In this document: piece after piece, positions 19,401-29,450 of the stretch | How positions within the stretch are numbered: the first letter of the stretch is position 1 | Layout: every line of letters starts with the position of its first letter | Notes under the pieces: model-generated | Database searches by the model: none | Told to the model about the DNA's origin: nothing | The model's input: only the letters and a program-made list of their open reading frames with translations | DNA from: a virus | Taxonomy: Duplodnaviria; Heunggongvirae; Uroviricota; Caudoviricetes | Reading direction: 5' to 3' (one strand) | DNA length: 50,820 nt | Virus record (IMG/VR): IMGVR_UViG_3300029543_000174 | Span: 1 to 50,820 of that record | Program-made: the position numbers and the translations under genes

Positions 19401-22310
19401 AACGAAAACAAAGTTGATAAAACAGATGCTCAACGTGCTACAATTGAAGTAAGCATTAAGAATAATGTTCAAACAGCAAATCTCCAAGTTGAAAAACGAG
19501 GAGAAGTTTTCAAAACTGTAACAAAGAATGGTGAATTCTATTCAGCAGTTTATGAAGAACAAGGTCTTGCAGGTGCTGTATATACTGTTTATGCATCAGA
19601 GGATATTGTTACTCCTGACGGTACTGTAAGGTACAAGAAAGGTGATGCAGTATGTACTCTTACAACAGGTGCAACTGGTATTGCAGACTCTAAATTAAGT
19701 ACAACACAATGGTTTGGTAAGTGGCATAAGCTTTATCTTGGCAAGTATGAAATCAAGGAAATTACTGCTCCGAATGGCTTTGCACTTAACGCCGATTCAA
19801 AGAAAATTGAACTTGCATATCAAGGTCAAAATGTTAAAGTTTATGATGTAAATGATACTTTTGTAAATGAAAGACAAAAGGTTGAAGTCAAAGGAACTAA
19901 GGAACTTGAAGTCAATGATATCTACGGTATCGGGAATAATAATGAGGTTGAATCAGTAGTATTTGGCCTCTATGCAAATGAAAATATTATTGCGGCTGAC
20001 GGTACTAAAATTCCTAAAGACGGCTTGATTCAAAAGGTAAATGTATCTGCAAACGGTACGTTTGAATTTGATGCCGACCTTCCATTAAACTTTGATTATT
20101 ATGTAAAAGAAATTGCAACAGATAATCATTACAAGCTTAATGATAAGAAATTTACGTTCAGCTTTGACTATAAAGGTCAAGATATTGCAAAACAAACAAT
20201 TACCCTTAATGGCAATAAGCCTATTTCAAATGAACTTAAATACGGTAAGATTTCCGGTCTTAAAGTAGACGATTTAGGTAATAAACTTGCTAATGTAACA
20301 TTTGGTTTATTCTCAAAAGATGAAACTAAATTTACAAAAGAAAATGCAATCGTAACAGTAACTACCGATAAAAACGGTGTATTTGAAATTGACAATATTC
20401 CGGTTGGTAATTATCAACTTGTAGAGCTTTCTGCTCCAGACGGTTATGCCTTTTCAAAAGAACCAATCGGCATTTCGGTTACTGAGGACAAACAAGTTAT
20501 CAAAAAGCAAGTTGAAAACAAGGTTGTACGTGGTCAAATTGTTATCACAAAACAAGGTGAATTCTTCTATTCTACATCAGAAAATGAAGACGGTACAACA
20601 ACTCCTGTTTATAAGAATTGTAATCTTCCGGGTGCTACATTTGATGTAATCGCTGCTGAAGATATTACTACTCCTGATGGTGTAGTAAGAGCACATAAGG
20701 GTGATGTAGTTGATACAATCACTACTGATGAAAACGGTGTAGCAAAGAGTAAGGAACTCTTCCTTGGTAAGTATGAGGTAAAAGAAACCAAAGCACCAAA
20801 GGGATATTTCCTTGATAAAAACAACTATACTGATGATAATAGCTTTAAGGTTGAACTTACATTTGAGAACAGTGATAAGGAACTTGTTGTAACAAATCTT
20901 GATGCATATAACAAAAGACAAACAGTAAAAGTAAATCTTATTAAATCAATGGAAAAAGATAATATCTTTAAAATTGACGATGTAAATGCACTTAAAAACG
21001 TTGTCTTTGGTTTATTGGCAAGAGAAGATATGACAGCAGTTGACGGTTCTGAAATTAAGGCAAACACACTTATTGAAAGAGCAAAACCTGATGAAAACGG
21101 TCTTGTATCGTTCAATGCTGACCTTCCTTACGGCTACAAATATTATGTAAAAGAAATCTCTACGGATTCTCTTTATACATTAGATGAGACAGAGTATGAA
21201 TTTGCATTTGATACCGAGGAAAACGATGCAGAAGTAACTACAATCTCCATTAATAATGGTACTGTCATTGTAAATACTATTGCAAGAGGTAAGGTAACAG
21301 GTGTTAAAAAGGATACTGACGGTGCACTTGTAAAAGGTGCTTTGTATGGTTTATTCAGCTCTGATGCAACTGAATTCACAAAAGAAACTGCTCTTATGAC
21401 AGCAGAAACAGATGAAAACGGTGTATTCACATTTGACTTAATTCCAAAGGGTAGTTACATTATCGTTGAATTATATGTACCTGTACCATATAAAGTAAGT
21501 AATGAAAAGATTGCATTTACTATCAGTGATGAAGCAAATCAAGTAGCATTTGATGTTACTGATGAATTTATCACAGGTGCTATTTCGGTATATAAATTTG
21601 ATGCAGATTATCCTGAAAATTCATTATCAGGTGCAACATTTACAGTATATAATGACGTTGACGGTAACGGTATTTATGATGAAAATATTGATACTGTTTA
21701 TAATACTTTGAACGAAGTTCAGACAGGATTTTATTTCCTCGACGGCATCAGATACGGTCATTATCTTGTAAAAGAAACTGCTTCTCCTAACGGATTTGCA
21801 ATTGATGAAAATTATTATCCGGTATTCATTGAAGAAGATGGCAAAACATATAATGTTACTAATTCCGGTGAAAGCTTTGTTGATACAGCTCTTAAAGGTA
21901 CTTTAAAAGTAGTTAAATCTTCGTCTAACGGCGTTGTAGAAGGCTTTACTTTCAATATCAAAGGTACAAGTACAACTGGTGAAAAAATTGATATCACAGA
22001 GGTTACAAACAGTAAAGGCGAAATCAATATTTCTGACCTTAGAGTAGGTACTTATACAATTACTGAGGTTGAAAATGATGCTACCGATAACTATAAAATT
22101 GAAGAACCAAAGACTGTTACAATTAAAGCAAACGAAACAGCAACAGTTCATTTCTATAATGAATATAATGCACCGAGTGCACCAAAAGCAGGTCTTGATA
22201 ATAACTTCTTCGGTCTTGCTTGTGCAGGTGTAGGAACTTCAATTATGGGTTCAATTTCTATGTTAGGATACATTGTTTCAAAGAAGAAAAAGAATGATAT
22301 TGACGATTAA
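16446..22310 (+). CDS. large cell-wall-anchored adhesin with SpaA/CnaB-type isopeptide (pilin-like) repeats
   Basis: signal peptide; repeated GATF/Y..KE..AP.GY motifs; C-terminal APKAG, hydrophobic helix and KKKK tail. Confidence 0.92.
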   Translation: MKRFNSYKVKGLGKRVLSVLLAILMVFSCFATSLTALADSSIKDVWTSSDGHSHHRLKVNGKDAFCINYGQESTGKFKTDSAALKYWNSLGTTKKNKIQNILSCAEAKGYINGSDKEYFGIQRAIWNVVTTKSEKELSDYFKSQTNSVYKSLNSNYSDYAKKAPKFGTIKLEPQYNSSGNVTSYKGSATDSNKVLSKFKFTDKAGLKTSVSGNKLTVTSTTRFDGLKKLKMTSNNKHYTIKDSQVGHFGNQQVIAIGSPNVLNANVSVRTSEINLGDITINKIAETGEPMSGIRFDLYNSNGTYISSDWTDANGIATFEGLNVGTYTVTEVTPAGYVPYGNTNSVQVTVRAGDVVNASNHSSGKWVNTLQRGDIYIHKTIEDTSTPYQAEFTLYDLDGNYVISGTTNTAGDLYFCNIPTGYYQIKETNTYNSNVIDWQATYTTYDSGTGQTTTHKGAQIYVSWDGQTTYPYTNNVNHNGWLNDLVGGTNLCDWVNEINFSGNNTIVNKYMRGDLRLYKVSEKPDTTSSNGYTYKYVPNDNTGSYPATKGAKFTITSEASQNALGKDLTFTTTTDEQGYAYFCDVPIGYYTVKEVEVDNKYVQPDNQIFYVAWDGNTNYDVTGTNCRNSVDYYADYNSNTLTFINYLKYFRFEFSKLDNDTNSSKAQGDASLAGATYELYKGNELVGTYVTDASGKFTTNYHICGNDYYLKEVGSSNGYYINKENLKVSEDPSKYTVRLNDTSKTNTETVKKGRIEIMKFTDDGSDKYVTPEPNAEFQIYLKSAGSYENAKNNERDLIVTGKDGYAESKALPYGEYVIHQTKCGLEGTLLADDQICKIQTDSSAYPDNGDSNVVAVYRYAIKNLLDSAYLKLVKVDADTGKAIPYNELQGAKFQILDKDLNVVKMTYTYPKKMVIDTFTLNDEGYLITPEKLPYGKYYIVEVEAPYGYFNPNADKIVSRIDSNGNTVYEYDKKSVEKTAFKIDTVNNENKVDKTDAQRATIEVSIKNNVQTANLQVEKRGEVFKTVTKNGEFYSAVYEEQGLAGAVYTVYASEDIVTPDGTVRYKKGDAVCTLTTGATGIADSKLSTTQWFGKWHKLYLGKYEIKEITAPNGFALNADSKKIELAYQGQNVKVYDVNDTFVNERQKVEVKGTKELEVNDIYGIGNNNEVESVVFGLYANENIIAADGTKIPKDGLIQKVNVSANGTFEFDADLPLNFDYYVKEIATDNHYKLNDKKFTFSFDYKGQDIAKQTITLNGNKPISNELKYGKISGLKVDDLGNKLANVTFGLFSKDETKFTKENAIVTVTTDKNGVFEIDNIPVGNYQLVELSAPDGYAFSKEPIGISVTEDKQVIKKQVENKVVRGQIVITKQGEFFYSTSENEDGTTTPVYKNCNLPGATFDVIAAEDITTPDGVVRAHKGDVVDTITTDENGVAKSKELFLGKYEVKETKAPKGYFLDKNNYTDDNSFKVELTFENSDKELVVTNLDAYNKRQTVKVNLIKSMEKDNIFKIDDVNALKNVVFGLLAREDMTAVDGSEIKANTLIERAKPDENGLVSFNADLPYGYKYYVKEISTDSLYTLDETEYEFAFDTEENDAEVTTISINNGTVIVNTIARGKVTGVKKDTDGALVKGALYGLFSSDATEFTKETALMTAETDENGVFTFDLIPKGSYIIVELYVPVPYKVSNEKIAFTISDEANQVAFDVTDEFITGAISVYKFDADYPENSLSGATFTVYNDVDGNGIYDENIDTVYNTLNEVQTGFYFLDGIRYGHYLVKETASPNGFAIDENYYPVFIEEDGKTYNVTNSGESFVDTALKGTLKVVKSSSNGVVEGFTFNIKGTSTTGEKIDITEVTNSKGEINISDLRVGTYTITEVENDATDNYKIEEPKTVTIKANETATVHFYNEYNAPSAPKAGLDNNFFGLACAGVGTSIMGSISMLGYIVSKKKKNDIDD

Positions 22311-22331
22311 TCAGTAAAGTTCATGTTTTCG

Positions 22332-22360
22332 GAGAGTCGCTTCTGCGGCTCTCTTTTTTT
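22332..22360 (+). terminator. intrinsic terminator
   Basis: GAGAGTCGC-TTCT-GCGGCTCTC plus a T run. Confidence 0.8.
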
Positions 22361-22641
22361 ATGCTTTTTTAAAAAAAATTATTTTTTTATGCATATTCGC
22401 AAAAATAAAAATTTCTTGCGCGATAAATATAATGAAAGGTATTTTATGAGTCAATATCTTTCAATAAGTTTTATTTTGTGTTTAATTTTTTTCTTCTTTA
22501 ATTTGTTATTTTTTTGTTAATTTTTATTGCTTTTTTCTATTCGTTTAACAAGAATTTTATTATCCAAGGAACTATTGAACACATCAATAGTTCTTATTTT
22601 TTTTTTTTTTTGACTCAAATAATTGAAAGGAGAAAGAAACT

Positions 22642-23199
22642 TTGTATCGTCAAAATTTTCAAGAATATGTGAAAAAATTATATGCTTTTTTGTCCGAAGC
22701 AAAGGTAATTACAGTTAATGAAGCTAAAGCATTTTTAAGGGCTTTAGGTATTAAATCTGATTATACAGATACTATTGTAAAGCGTTTAGTATCCGATACA
22801 TCTGTCTGTAAAAAAGACAATTATTTAATGCTTAACTGTAATAGAAGCTTAATGGAATACACTGATTTTAATTGCTTAAAAGGCAAAATTAATGCCCTTT
22901 ATATTAATCTTTTAAATCAATTTAATTGTATTTCATACGAAGTTAAATATCCTTGTAAAGCTGTTTTATATAATTCCCGAACAGGAACTGCATTGTATGT
23001 TTTTTACATTTCAGAGAACTTTGCTAATGATTGTAATTTGATTGAATCACTTTATACAACCAATATGACAAAGCTTTCACCACTTAATGTTGCATTAATA
23101 ATTAATGATAAGGTCGATAAAAAATCAATTGAATTATCAAACAATTTTAATGTGATTATTACTTTTCAAAACAATAAATTTACAGATGAAAGGAAGTGA
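22642..23199 (+). CDS. DUF5697-like conjugative-element protein
   Basis: TTG start behind GAAAGGAG; size and position ahead of the RusA-like gene and virD4, as I recall from clostridial conjugative elements. Confidence 0.45.
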   Translation: MYRQNFQEYVKKLYAFLSEAKVITVNEAKAFLRALGIKSDYTDTIVKRLVSDTSVCKKDNYLMLNCNRSLMEYTDFNCLKGKINALYINLLNQFNCISYEVKYPCKAVLYNSRTGTALYVFYISENFANDCNLIESLYTTNMTKLSPLNVALIINDKVDKKSIELSNNFNVIITFQNNKFTDERK

Positions 23200-23212
23200 A
23201 AAGCAATAAGGT

Positions 23213-23965
23213 ATGAACAAATATGTAATGTGTAAAAAGATTTTTGCTATTAATGAAAACTATGTTGACATATCAAATTCGCTTAAGGATTGTCGAGATT
23301 TAGTCGTTAGAGAAGATAATGACGGACTAAGAAATTACTTGACAAAAACTCTTGTTGAAAGTGAATTAGCAACAATAGAATTGCGTAAATTAATGGCACA
23401 AAATGTTGAAACAAAACCACAAATGATTGAACTTGATTCCAAGATTGTTGATGCTAACGATATCTCAATCGAAGAAAATGACAAGGTACTTTCAATAAAA
23501 ATGCCAATTATTCTGCCATTTAAGAAAGTAAAAGATATCAGAAGAATATCACCTCAATTCAAGTCATCAGAGCAAAGTAACGACTACATAATTGAAGCTT
23601 TAAAGAAAGCTAACAAGCTTGGTCTTGATAATCTTTTTTATAAAGTGAATGCAATTGTAGGTGCTCTTGATATTGCAATGCAGCGTTATTGCGTGAACAG
23701 TACATACGAAGAAAGAATCAAACTTTATTCAAACGGTACTTATGTGTTTACCAATTATTTCAAGTATGAACCGGGGCAGTTATCACCTGATCCTGACAAT
23801 ATGGAGTACAAACAAATTATTGATATTGTGGCTCGCTATCTTTCTTGTGGTAATGATAATCATATAAAAATTATCATTCAAAATAAGCCGGCTAAAAGCT
23901 CGTATACCGAACTTAAAGTGTATCCAAATACATTTGAGCTTATTCCTCAAAAAGTTCAAAAATAA
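23213..23965 (+). CDS. RusA-like / DUF6100-like protein
   Basis: PDPDNMEYKQIIDIVARYL resembles the RusA DxDN..K...D motif. Confidence 0.55.
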   Translation: MNKYVMCKKIFAINENYVDISNSLKDCRDLVVREDNDGLRNYLTKTLVESELATIELRKLMAQNVETKPQMIELDSKIVDANDISIEENDKVLSIKMPIILPFKKVKDIRRISPQFKSSEQSNDYIIEALKKANKLGLDNLFYKVNAIVGALDIAMQRYCVNSTYEERIKLYSNGTYVFTNYFKYEPGQLSPDPDNMEYKQIIDIVARYLSCGNDNHIKIIIQNKPAKSSYTELKVYPNTFELIPQKVQK

Positions 23966-24131
23966 GGAAAATAGGTTGGTTAAAACCGAACCATTCCGGT
24001 TTCACCCATTGCCTTTTTGCCGATTTAGTGAGTGAAATCAATAGTTTTTGGCAAATTTCTTTATCCATTTTGTCCGGTCAGGAGATTTCTTAACAAAAAT
24101 GGACTTAAAAAGTAAGTGAGGAGTGTAAGAG

Positions 24132-25367
24132 TTGACAGCAACACAAGAAAAGGCAAAAACGCCAACACAACAAGAAATCAATAAAGGCATATACACAACA
24201 TTTGAAAAAGAAATAAAGTATGCAGACACAAGCAAAGCAATAATAAAACTACTTTCTGAAAAATATTGTATAGCTAAAGATTTTGAATTATTACAGGAAG
24301 ATTTGCAGGAAAATAAATTGTGGAAAGTAAAAAAAGCAATGAATGAGTTACAAAAAAACAATTATGTAACGGCATTTGCAATAGATTGTGAAAAAGCTAA
24401 CAATCAAAAAGACAGTTGGAAACTAACTAACCGAGGTACTCGATTGGCAAAGTATCTTTTCAATCTTGAAAAAACCAAAAGCTCCACAAGTGCCCGAAAG
24501 GCACAATCCTGCTGTCGAAACAGAAACATAACAGAAACGATGCTCCAAGGTACTTTACAACCAAACGTTCAATATATCAACAGTGAATATTTAGGAACTT
24601 GTTTAAAGGAAGATGAAAAAGCACCATTGAGAGGATTGTATTGCACAGGATATTTACTAACACCGGAGACTAACTATTTACTTTACAGTTTAAGTGATAG
24701 AAATATTGCGGTGTATGAAACAAGAGAAAAAAACTCATTAAGAAAAATCGAGGTACTAAAAGGTACTGAGACAAAAAAAGACAGAGAGAATTATTTGGAA
24801 GGCTTTGACCGAATAATTTTTGTAGAAAATGAAGAAGCAATAAAAAATATGTTTGAGACTGTACCGTTTAATAAATGGTGCAAGAAGAACGGCAAGAGTT
24901 ATGCAAGGAATTATGAAAATGGACTCTTTTATAGAGATGAAACGATAATGAGAGGACAGGCTTTTGTAATTGAACGAAGTATAAATCAAAAAAGTCTAAT
25001 AAAACCTTTTTATAATACACCACAGACAACAATGAGGATGTCTGAGGATGCAGTTAAGCAGTATGTGGAGATAAAGAGGAAAGAATTAGGAGAAAAAGAA
25101 AAGGCAAAAAAATATCAGTTGTCAACAGTAGAAACTGATAGATACATAGTTGTAAATCTGATAGTGCAGGAACTTCACAAAATGGCAATGATAGAAAATA
25201 TCATTGAAGATAAAAATGAAAAACGCGAGGTACTTGTTTTTACAACTGAAAAACAGATTGATTTTATAGAACGTTGTTTTGGAAAAGACAACATAAAGAT
25301 AGCAAAGATTGGAGAAAAAGAGCTTGAAAGATATTTGGAAGAAAAGAGGAAACAAAATATGAGATAA
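24132..25367 (+). CDS. N-terminal winged-helix protein upstream of the coupling protein; candidate relaxosome or replication-relaxation protein
   Basis: wHTH wing DSWKLTNRG; gene context; no catalytic motif confidently recognised. Confidence 0.5.
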   Translation: MTATQEKAKTPTQQEINKGIYTTFEKEIKYADTSKAIIKLLSEKYCIAKDFELLQEDLQENKLWKVKKAMNELQKNNYVTAFAIDCEKANNQKDSWKLTNRGTRLAKYLFNLEKTKSSTSARKAQSCCRNRNITETMLQGTLQPNVQYINSEYLGTCLKEDEKAPLRGLYCTGYLLTPETNYLLYSLSDRNIAVYETREKNSLRKIEVLKGTETKKDRENYLEGFDRIIFVENEEAIKNMFETVPFNKWCKKNGKSYARNYENGLFYRDETIMRGQAFVIERSINQKSLIKPFYNTPQTTMRMSEDAVKQYVEIKRKELGEKEKAKKYQLSTVETDRYIVVNLIVQELHKMAMIENIIEDKNEKREVLVFTTEKQIDFIERCFGKDNIKIAKIGEKELERYLEEKRKQNMR

Positions 25368-25376
25368 AACGAAAGG

Positions 25377-27527
25377 GTGACGGCAACGAAAAAGGAAAAA
25401 CAGAATAAAGAAAACCATTTGGATAAAATGTCAGAAAAATTTGGAAAAACCAAATTAGGTGATTTTGTAATAAGGCATAAATTGTTAGCCGGAATGATGT
25501 ATTTCATAGGATGGTATTTGTCGGGCGTTTTAAGTCAAGCATTATACAAGAGTCATTTGCTTATGAGAGCACCGGATAAAGCAGATAATTATGAAGTATC
25601 GTTTGGATTAAGAAGCTTAGTCCAATGGTGTACTAATTTTCCAACAGGGTTAATAACACTGATTGTTTTTATGGCAGTGATTTCTTGGGTGATAATTCGA
25701 TTTATTGCTCCACGAATGAGAGTAGAGGTCGGCACTAAAGAAAAAGAAAGAAATGTCATAAAAAGCGATAATGACACATATGGTACGGCTGCACTTGGCA
25801 CAACAGAAGAATTTGAAGATGTAACACAGATTGGAAAGATTGAAGATTGTAAGGGAATAATTCTTGGTCAGGATAAAGAGAGCAATGAAGTAATCACATT
25901 ACCAACGGCTGAGGATATGAACTACAAAATCAAAAAGAATAATTGGACTTGGGATGATATTAATAACAATACAAGAAATAGAAATATTCTTGTAATCGGC
26001 GCACCGGGTACAATGAAGACCAGAAGTGTTATTCAAACTTCAATATTGCAGGCTGTACGGCGTGGAGAATCAATTTTTATGACCGACCCGAAGGGTGAAG
26101 GTTATGAAAAGAATAAATCAATGCTTGAATCACACGGCTATACTGTTAGGGCATTCAATCTAAAGGACTTTAAGAATAGTGATAGTTGGAATATGCTTGC
26201 TTCTCTTGATGATAATGATGATGGAAACGCAAAAATATTTGCAGAAACTGTTATAGCAAATGCCGGAGGAGACAGTAATAGCAAAGATTCATATTGGAAT
26301 GATAATGCTATGAACTTCTTAAAGGCTTGCTTGTTATTACATAATACGGATAGTTTTGGTGCACTGTATGATTTTGTGACAGGTACTAATTTGCCGGATT
26401 TTGAAACAGCATTTGCAAATTCACCTGACAGGGTATCTGCGTTAAGGGCATTTAAAGCATTTAATCAATGTTCAGAACAAGTAAAAGGTCAAATCATAAA
26501 CGGTCTTGGAATTATGATAGATGTATTCCAGCAAGATAATGTTAGAAACATAACGGATTCAGACGAAATAGATTTAACATTACCTGCGAGAGAAAAATGT
26601 GCATACTTTGTAATTACTTCTGATCAACACTCAACATATGATTTCCTTGCAATGTTGTTCTGGGTAATGAGCTTTATTAAATTGATTGAGTATATAGATA
26701 AGCATAAAGATGAAAATGGTGACCCAACAACGTTACCAATCAATATGCTTTTTGATGAATTTAGTAATATAGGTATTATTCCAGACTTTAAAAAGAAAAT
26801 ATCTACAGTAAGAAGTAGACATGTCTATTTAACATTGATTATTCAAACATTACCACAATTACAAAATAGATACCCAAATGGTGTATGGGAAGAAATTGCT
26901 GCTTGCTGTGATATAACAATGTTCCTTGGTACGAATGATTTAACAACAGCAGAATACATATCCAAAAGAACAGGTATTATGACAACAAGTGTTAAGACGG
27001 AAAACAATATGTACGAAAGAGACAGAATCGCACTTGATAGAGATGCAACAAGTAGGGAAGTTACATCAGACGGTCAGAGAATGGTAATGACAACTGACGA
27101 AGTACTAAGAATGAAAAACACCGATAGCCTGCTGCTAATAAGAGGAATGAATCCTCTGCTTTGTAGGAAATATGATTATACGAAGCATCCAATGTCAAAG
27201 GAATTAAAGAAAATCCGAATTGAGGACTATATTCCACGATGGAGGCAGAGGAAAATCAATTTTGAGAAAGAAAGAGAAAAAGAGGAAAAGAGGATAGCAG
27301 AAGAACAAGCTGCCGAAAGGGAAAAACGAATAGAAAAAGCATTAGAACGTCAACAAGAGTCAACTGCTCAAGCTGACAATAAGACAAAAGAAACAACAAA
27401 GAAAACAACAGAACAAAAATCTGATTCGAGTGTTGGAATGAGCATGAATGATATGCTGTTAAATTTTGCTATGCCGGCAGACTCGTCAAATGTAAACGAA
27501 GAACTTGAAGAAGATAATGAAGAATAA
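25377..27527 (+). CDS. virD4: VirD4/TraG-like type IV coupling protein
   Basis: N-terminal TMs, TYGTA, GAPGTMKT, TDPKGE, MLFDEFSNIG, QTLPQL; start codon uncertain. Confidence 0.95.
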   Translation: MTATKKEKQNKENHLDKMSEKFGKTKLGDFVIRHKLLAGMMYFIGWYLSGVLSQALYKSHLLMRAPDKADNYEVSFGLRSLVQWCTNFPTGLITLIVFMAVISWVIIRFIAPRMRVEVGTKEKERNVIKSDNDTYGTAALGTTEEFEDVTQIGKIEDCKGIILGQDKESNEVITLPTAEDMNYKIKKNNWTWDDINNNTRNRNILVIGAPGTMKTRSVIQTSILQAVRRGESIFMTDPKGEGYEKNKSMLESHGYTVRAFNLKDFKNSDSWNMLASLDDNDDGNAKIFAETVIANAGGDSNSKDSYWNDNAMNFLKACLLLHNTDSFGALYDFVTGTNLPDFETAFANSPDRVSALRAFKAFNQCSEQVKGQIINGLGIMIDVFQQDNVRNITDSDEIDLTLPAREKCAYFVITSDQHSTYDFLAMLFWVMSFIKLIEYIDKHKDENGDPTTLPINMLFDEFSNIGIIPDFKKKISTVRSRHVYLTLIIQTLPQLQNRYPNGVWEEIAACCDITMFLGTNDLTTAEYISKRTGIMTTSVKTENNMYERDRIALDRDATSREVTSDGQRMVMTTDEVLRMKNTDSLLLIRGMNPLLCRKYDYTKHPMSKELKKIRIEDYIPRWRQRKINFEKEREKEEKRIAEEQAAEREKRIEKALERQQESTAQADNKTKETTKKTTEQKSDSSVGMSMNDMLLNFAMPADSSNVNEELEEDNEE

Positions 27528-27547
27528 AATTAAGAAAGGAAAACATT

Positions 27548-28534
27548 ATGGCAAATAGAAGAACTACAATTGAAATCCCTGAAAGCAAATTGCATAAGCA
27601 AGAGCAGGAAAAGAAAAGGGTAGAAATGTTCCAGACATTAAATCAAAGCTTGGCATCTGCAAATAAAGCAGTAAAGCATTACTTGTCGATTAAGGTAGAT
27701 GGTTTGTGGCCAAACGAGAATACCACTGATATGGGATTGAGGTATTGCGCATGTCATCAGTATGGTGAATGGAAAATAATTGTACCTGCTGCCTTGATGA
27801 ATTTTGACGAAGAAGTAATCAAGGGAAAAGAACCATATCAATTGCAAGGAATATATCAAAGTTACATAAACGAAATGGTTGATGCAACAATTGATGTAGT
27901 TGTAATAGCAATAGATACAGCAAGCAAGAGAGTTCTTGCAAGCCGAAAGATGGCAATGGACTATTTGGAAGAAAGAAATTATTTCAAAGAGGACAAAGGC
28001 GGTTTAAGCAAAATTGAACGAGCAGTAAGAGATAACAAAAACATTGAAAGCAGAGTTATCACAGTTCGTGAAAAATGGGTATTGCTTGACGTACTCGGTC
28101 ATCAGGTCAAAATGCTTGTAAATGATGTAGGTTGGAGATTTGTGCCTGATGCAAGAGCAATTGTATATGCAGGGGATGTAGTACCTGTAAAAGTAAAAGA
28201 ATTGAATATAGACAAAGAGAACAAGAAAATTGAAATGCAAGTAAGTATGAAAGAAGCATTGCCAAATCCAAATGTTGCAAATTCAAAAAAATATCCGGCG
28301 GGATCAACATGCACAGGAACAGTAGTAGCAATAAGCAACGGCGCATATTTTGTGCAGACAGGTGATTTTGTAAACGGTGTGGATATACTTTGTAAAATCA
28401 TCAATTCACCTGAATTACCGGAGGAAAGAGATAAGGTGCTTGTTAAGATAGGCTATGTGAACGAAGAACAAGGAAGAATCTTTGGAACAATAGAGCGAAT
28501 TACATCTAAGCATAATAGGATGCTGAACTTATAA
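27548..28534 (+). CDS. tandem S1 (OB-fold) RNA-binding domain protein
   Basis: RVLASRK, GDVVPVKVKELNIDKENKKIEMQVSMK, GTVVAISNGAYFV. Confidence 0.8.
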   Translation: MANRRTTIEIPESKLHKQEQEKKRVEMFQTLNQSLASANKAVKHYLSIKVDGLWPNENTTDMGLRYCACHQYGEWKIIVPAALMNFDEEVIKGKEPYQLQGIYQSYINEMVDATIDVVVIAIDTASKRVLASRKMAMDYLEERNYFKEDKGGLSKIERAVRDNKNIESRVITVREKWVLLDVLGHQVKMLVNDVGWRFVPDARAIVYAGDVVPVKVKELNIDKENKKIEMQVSMKEALPNPNVANSKKYPAGSTCTGTVVAISNGAYFVQTGDFVNGVDILCKIINSPELPEERDKVLVKIGYVNEEQGRIFGTIERITSKHNRMLNL

Positions 28535-28767
28535 TGCATAGCACACATAATAAATATTACAGTAATTCGTATATAATGGCTATAATATCCGGTATGACCG
28601 GAAATATATTATCAGCAATATTGTTTATTCAAGTAGCATTGGCTAACAACAGTCCGGAATTTCTTTATAAACCGCAAAAGGTAAAAACATATAGTATAGC
28701 GTGTATTATTGAAATTATCTTTCTTGCAGTTCTCTTGCTTATATCATTGATTCAAATACTTCAATAG
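28534..28767 (+). CDS. small two-TM membrane protein
   Basis: TAATG overlap with the previous gene; two hydrophobic helices. Confidence 0.55.
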   Translation: MHSTHNKYYSNSYIMAIISGMTGNILSAILFIQVALANNSPEFLYKPQKVKTYSIACIIEIIFLAVLLLISLIQILQ

Positions 28768-28770
28768 TGA

Positions 28771-28811
28771 AAAAGACTATCTTTCTGAATAAACGGAAGG
28801 ATAGTCTTTTA
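28771..28811 (+). terminator. intrinsic terminator of the conjugation block
   Basis: AAAAGACTATCTTTC / GAAGGATAGTCTTTT. Confidence 0.8.
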
Positions 28812-28914
28812 CTATTTCTTAATTATTTTCTTCATTGCTTTCTTCATAACTAAATGAATATACTTCTGTAGGAATATAGTTGATGACTACTGCAAATATG
28901 TTACTCTATGTATC

Positions 28915-29051
28915 TTGTTTAATTTTAAACTGGTCGATTTCGACCGGGTTAAAATTCATACTATGCTTTTTATCAATAGACTAAGTTAATATTAATATAA
29001 TGCAGTTATATATTGTTTAATTTTAAACCAATCGATTTCGATGGGGTTAAA
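28915..29051. repeat. two 39-bp palindromic direct repeats 98 bp apart
   Basis: TTGTTTAATTTTAAACTGGTCGATTTCGACCGGGTTAAA (28915-28953) and TTGTTTAATTTTAAACCAATCGATTTCGATGGGGTTAAA (29013-29051). Confidence 0.8.
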
Positions 29052-29297
29052 TATTATTTATTATTCCTTACTCCTCAACGATTATATTGACGATAAAAGT
29101 AAAGTACAGTATACGATTATCATAAAACCACAATTAAAAGCCTGAACAGAAATAGCAGCAGGAATACAACAACACCATTTTAGCAGTAATAGTTCACATA
29201 GCAAAAACCACAAACCTTTAGGTGAACATAACAAGTAAAAGATAATTGAATATAACATTAATACAGTAGAACGTTTCTGTTGAATTTGTAAAATTAT

Positions 29298-29450
29298 CAA
29301 AATGTTTCTAAAAAATTCCACAAACTTTTAAACAATTTTTAAAAGTATTAAAATGATTTTAAAAGTTTAAAAGAAAAAACAGCAAATTTTCAAAAGTATC
29401 AAACGATTTCTAAAAGTATTAAACAAATTTAAAAAACTTTAAAAAATAAA
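29298..29450. repeat. degenerate ~20-bp tandem repeats / phased A-tracts
   Basis: AAACAATTTTTAAAAGTATT, AAAATGATTTTAAAAGTTT, AAATTTTCAAAAGTATC, AAACGATTTCTAAAAGTATT. Confidence 0.55.

Noticed and set aside
22323..22702. Phe/Lys-rich ORFs 22323-22520 and 22517-22702
   Set aside because: They span a terminator, a promoter motif and poly-T tracts; low-complexity artefacts.
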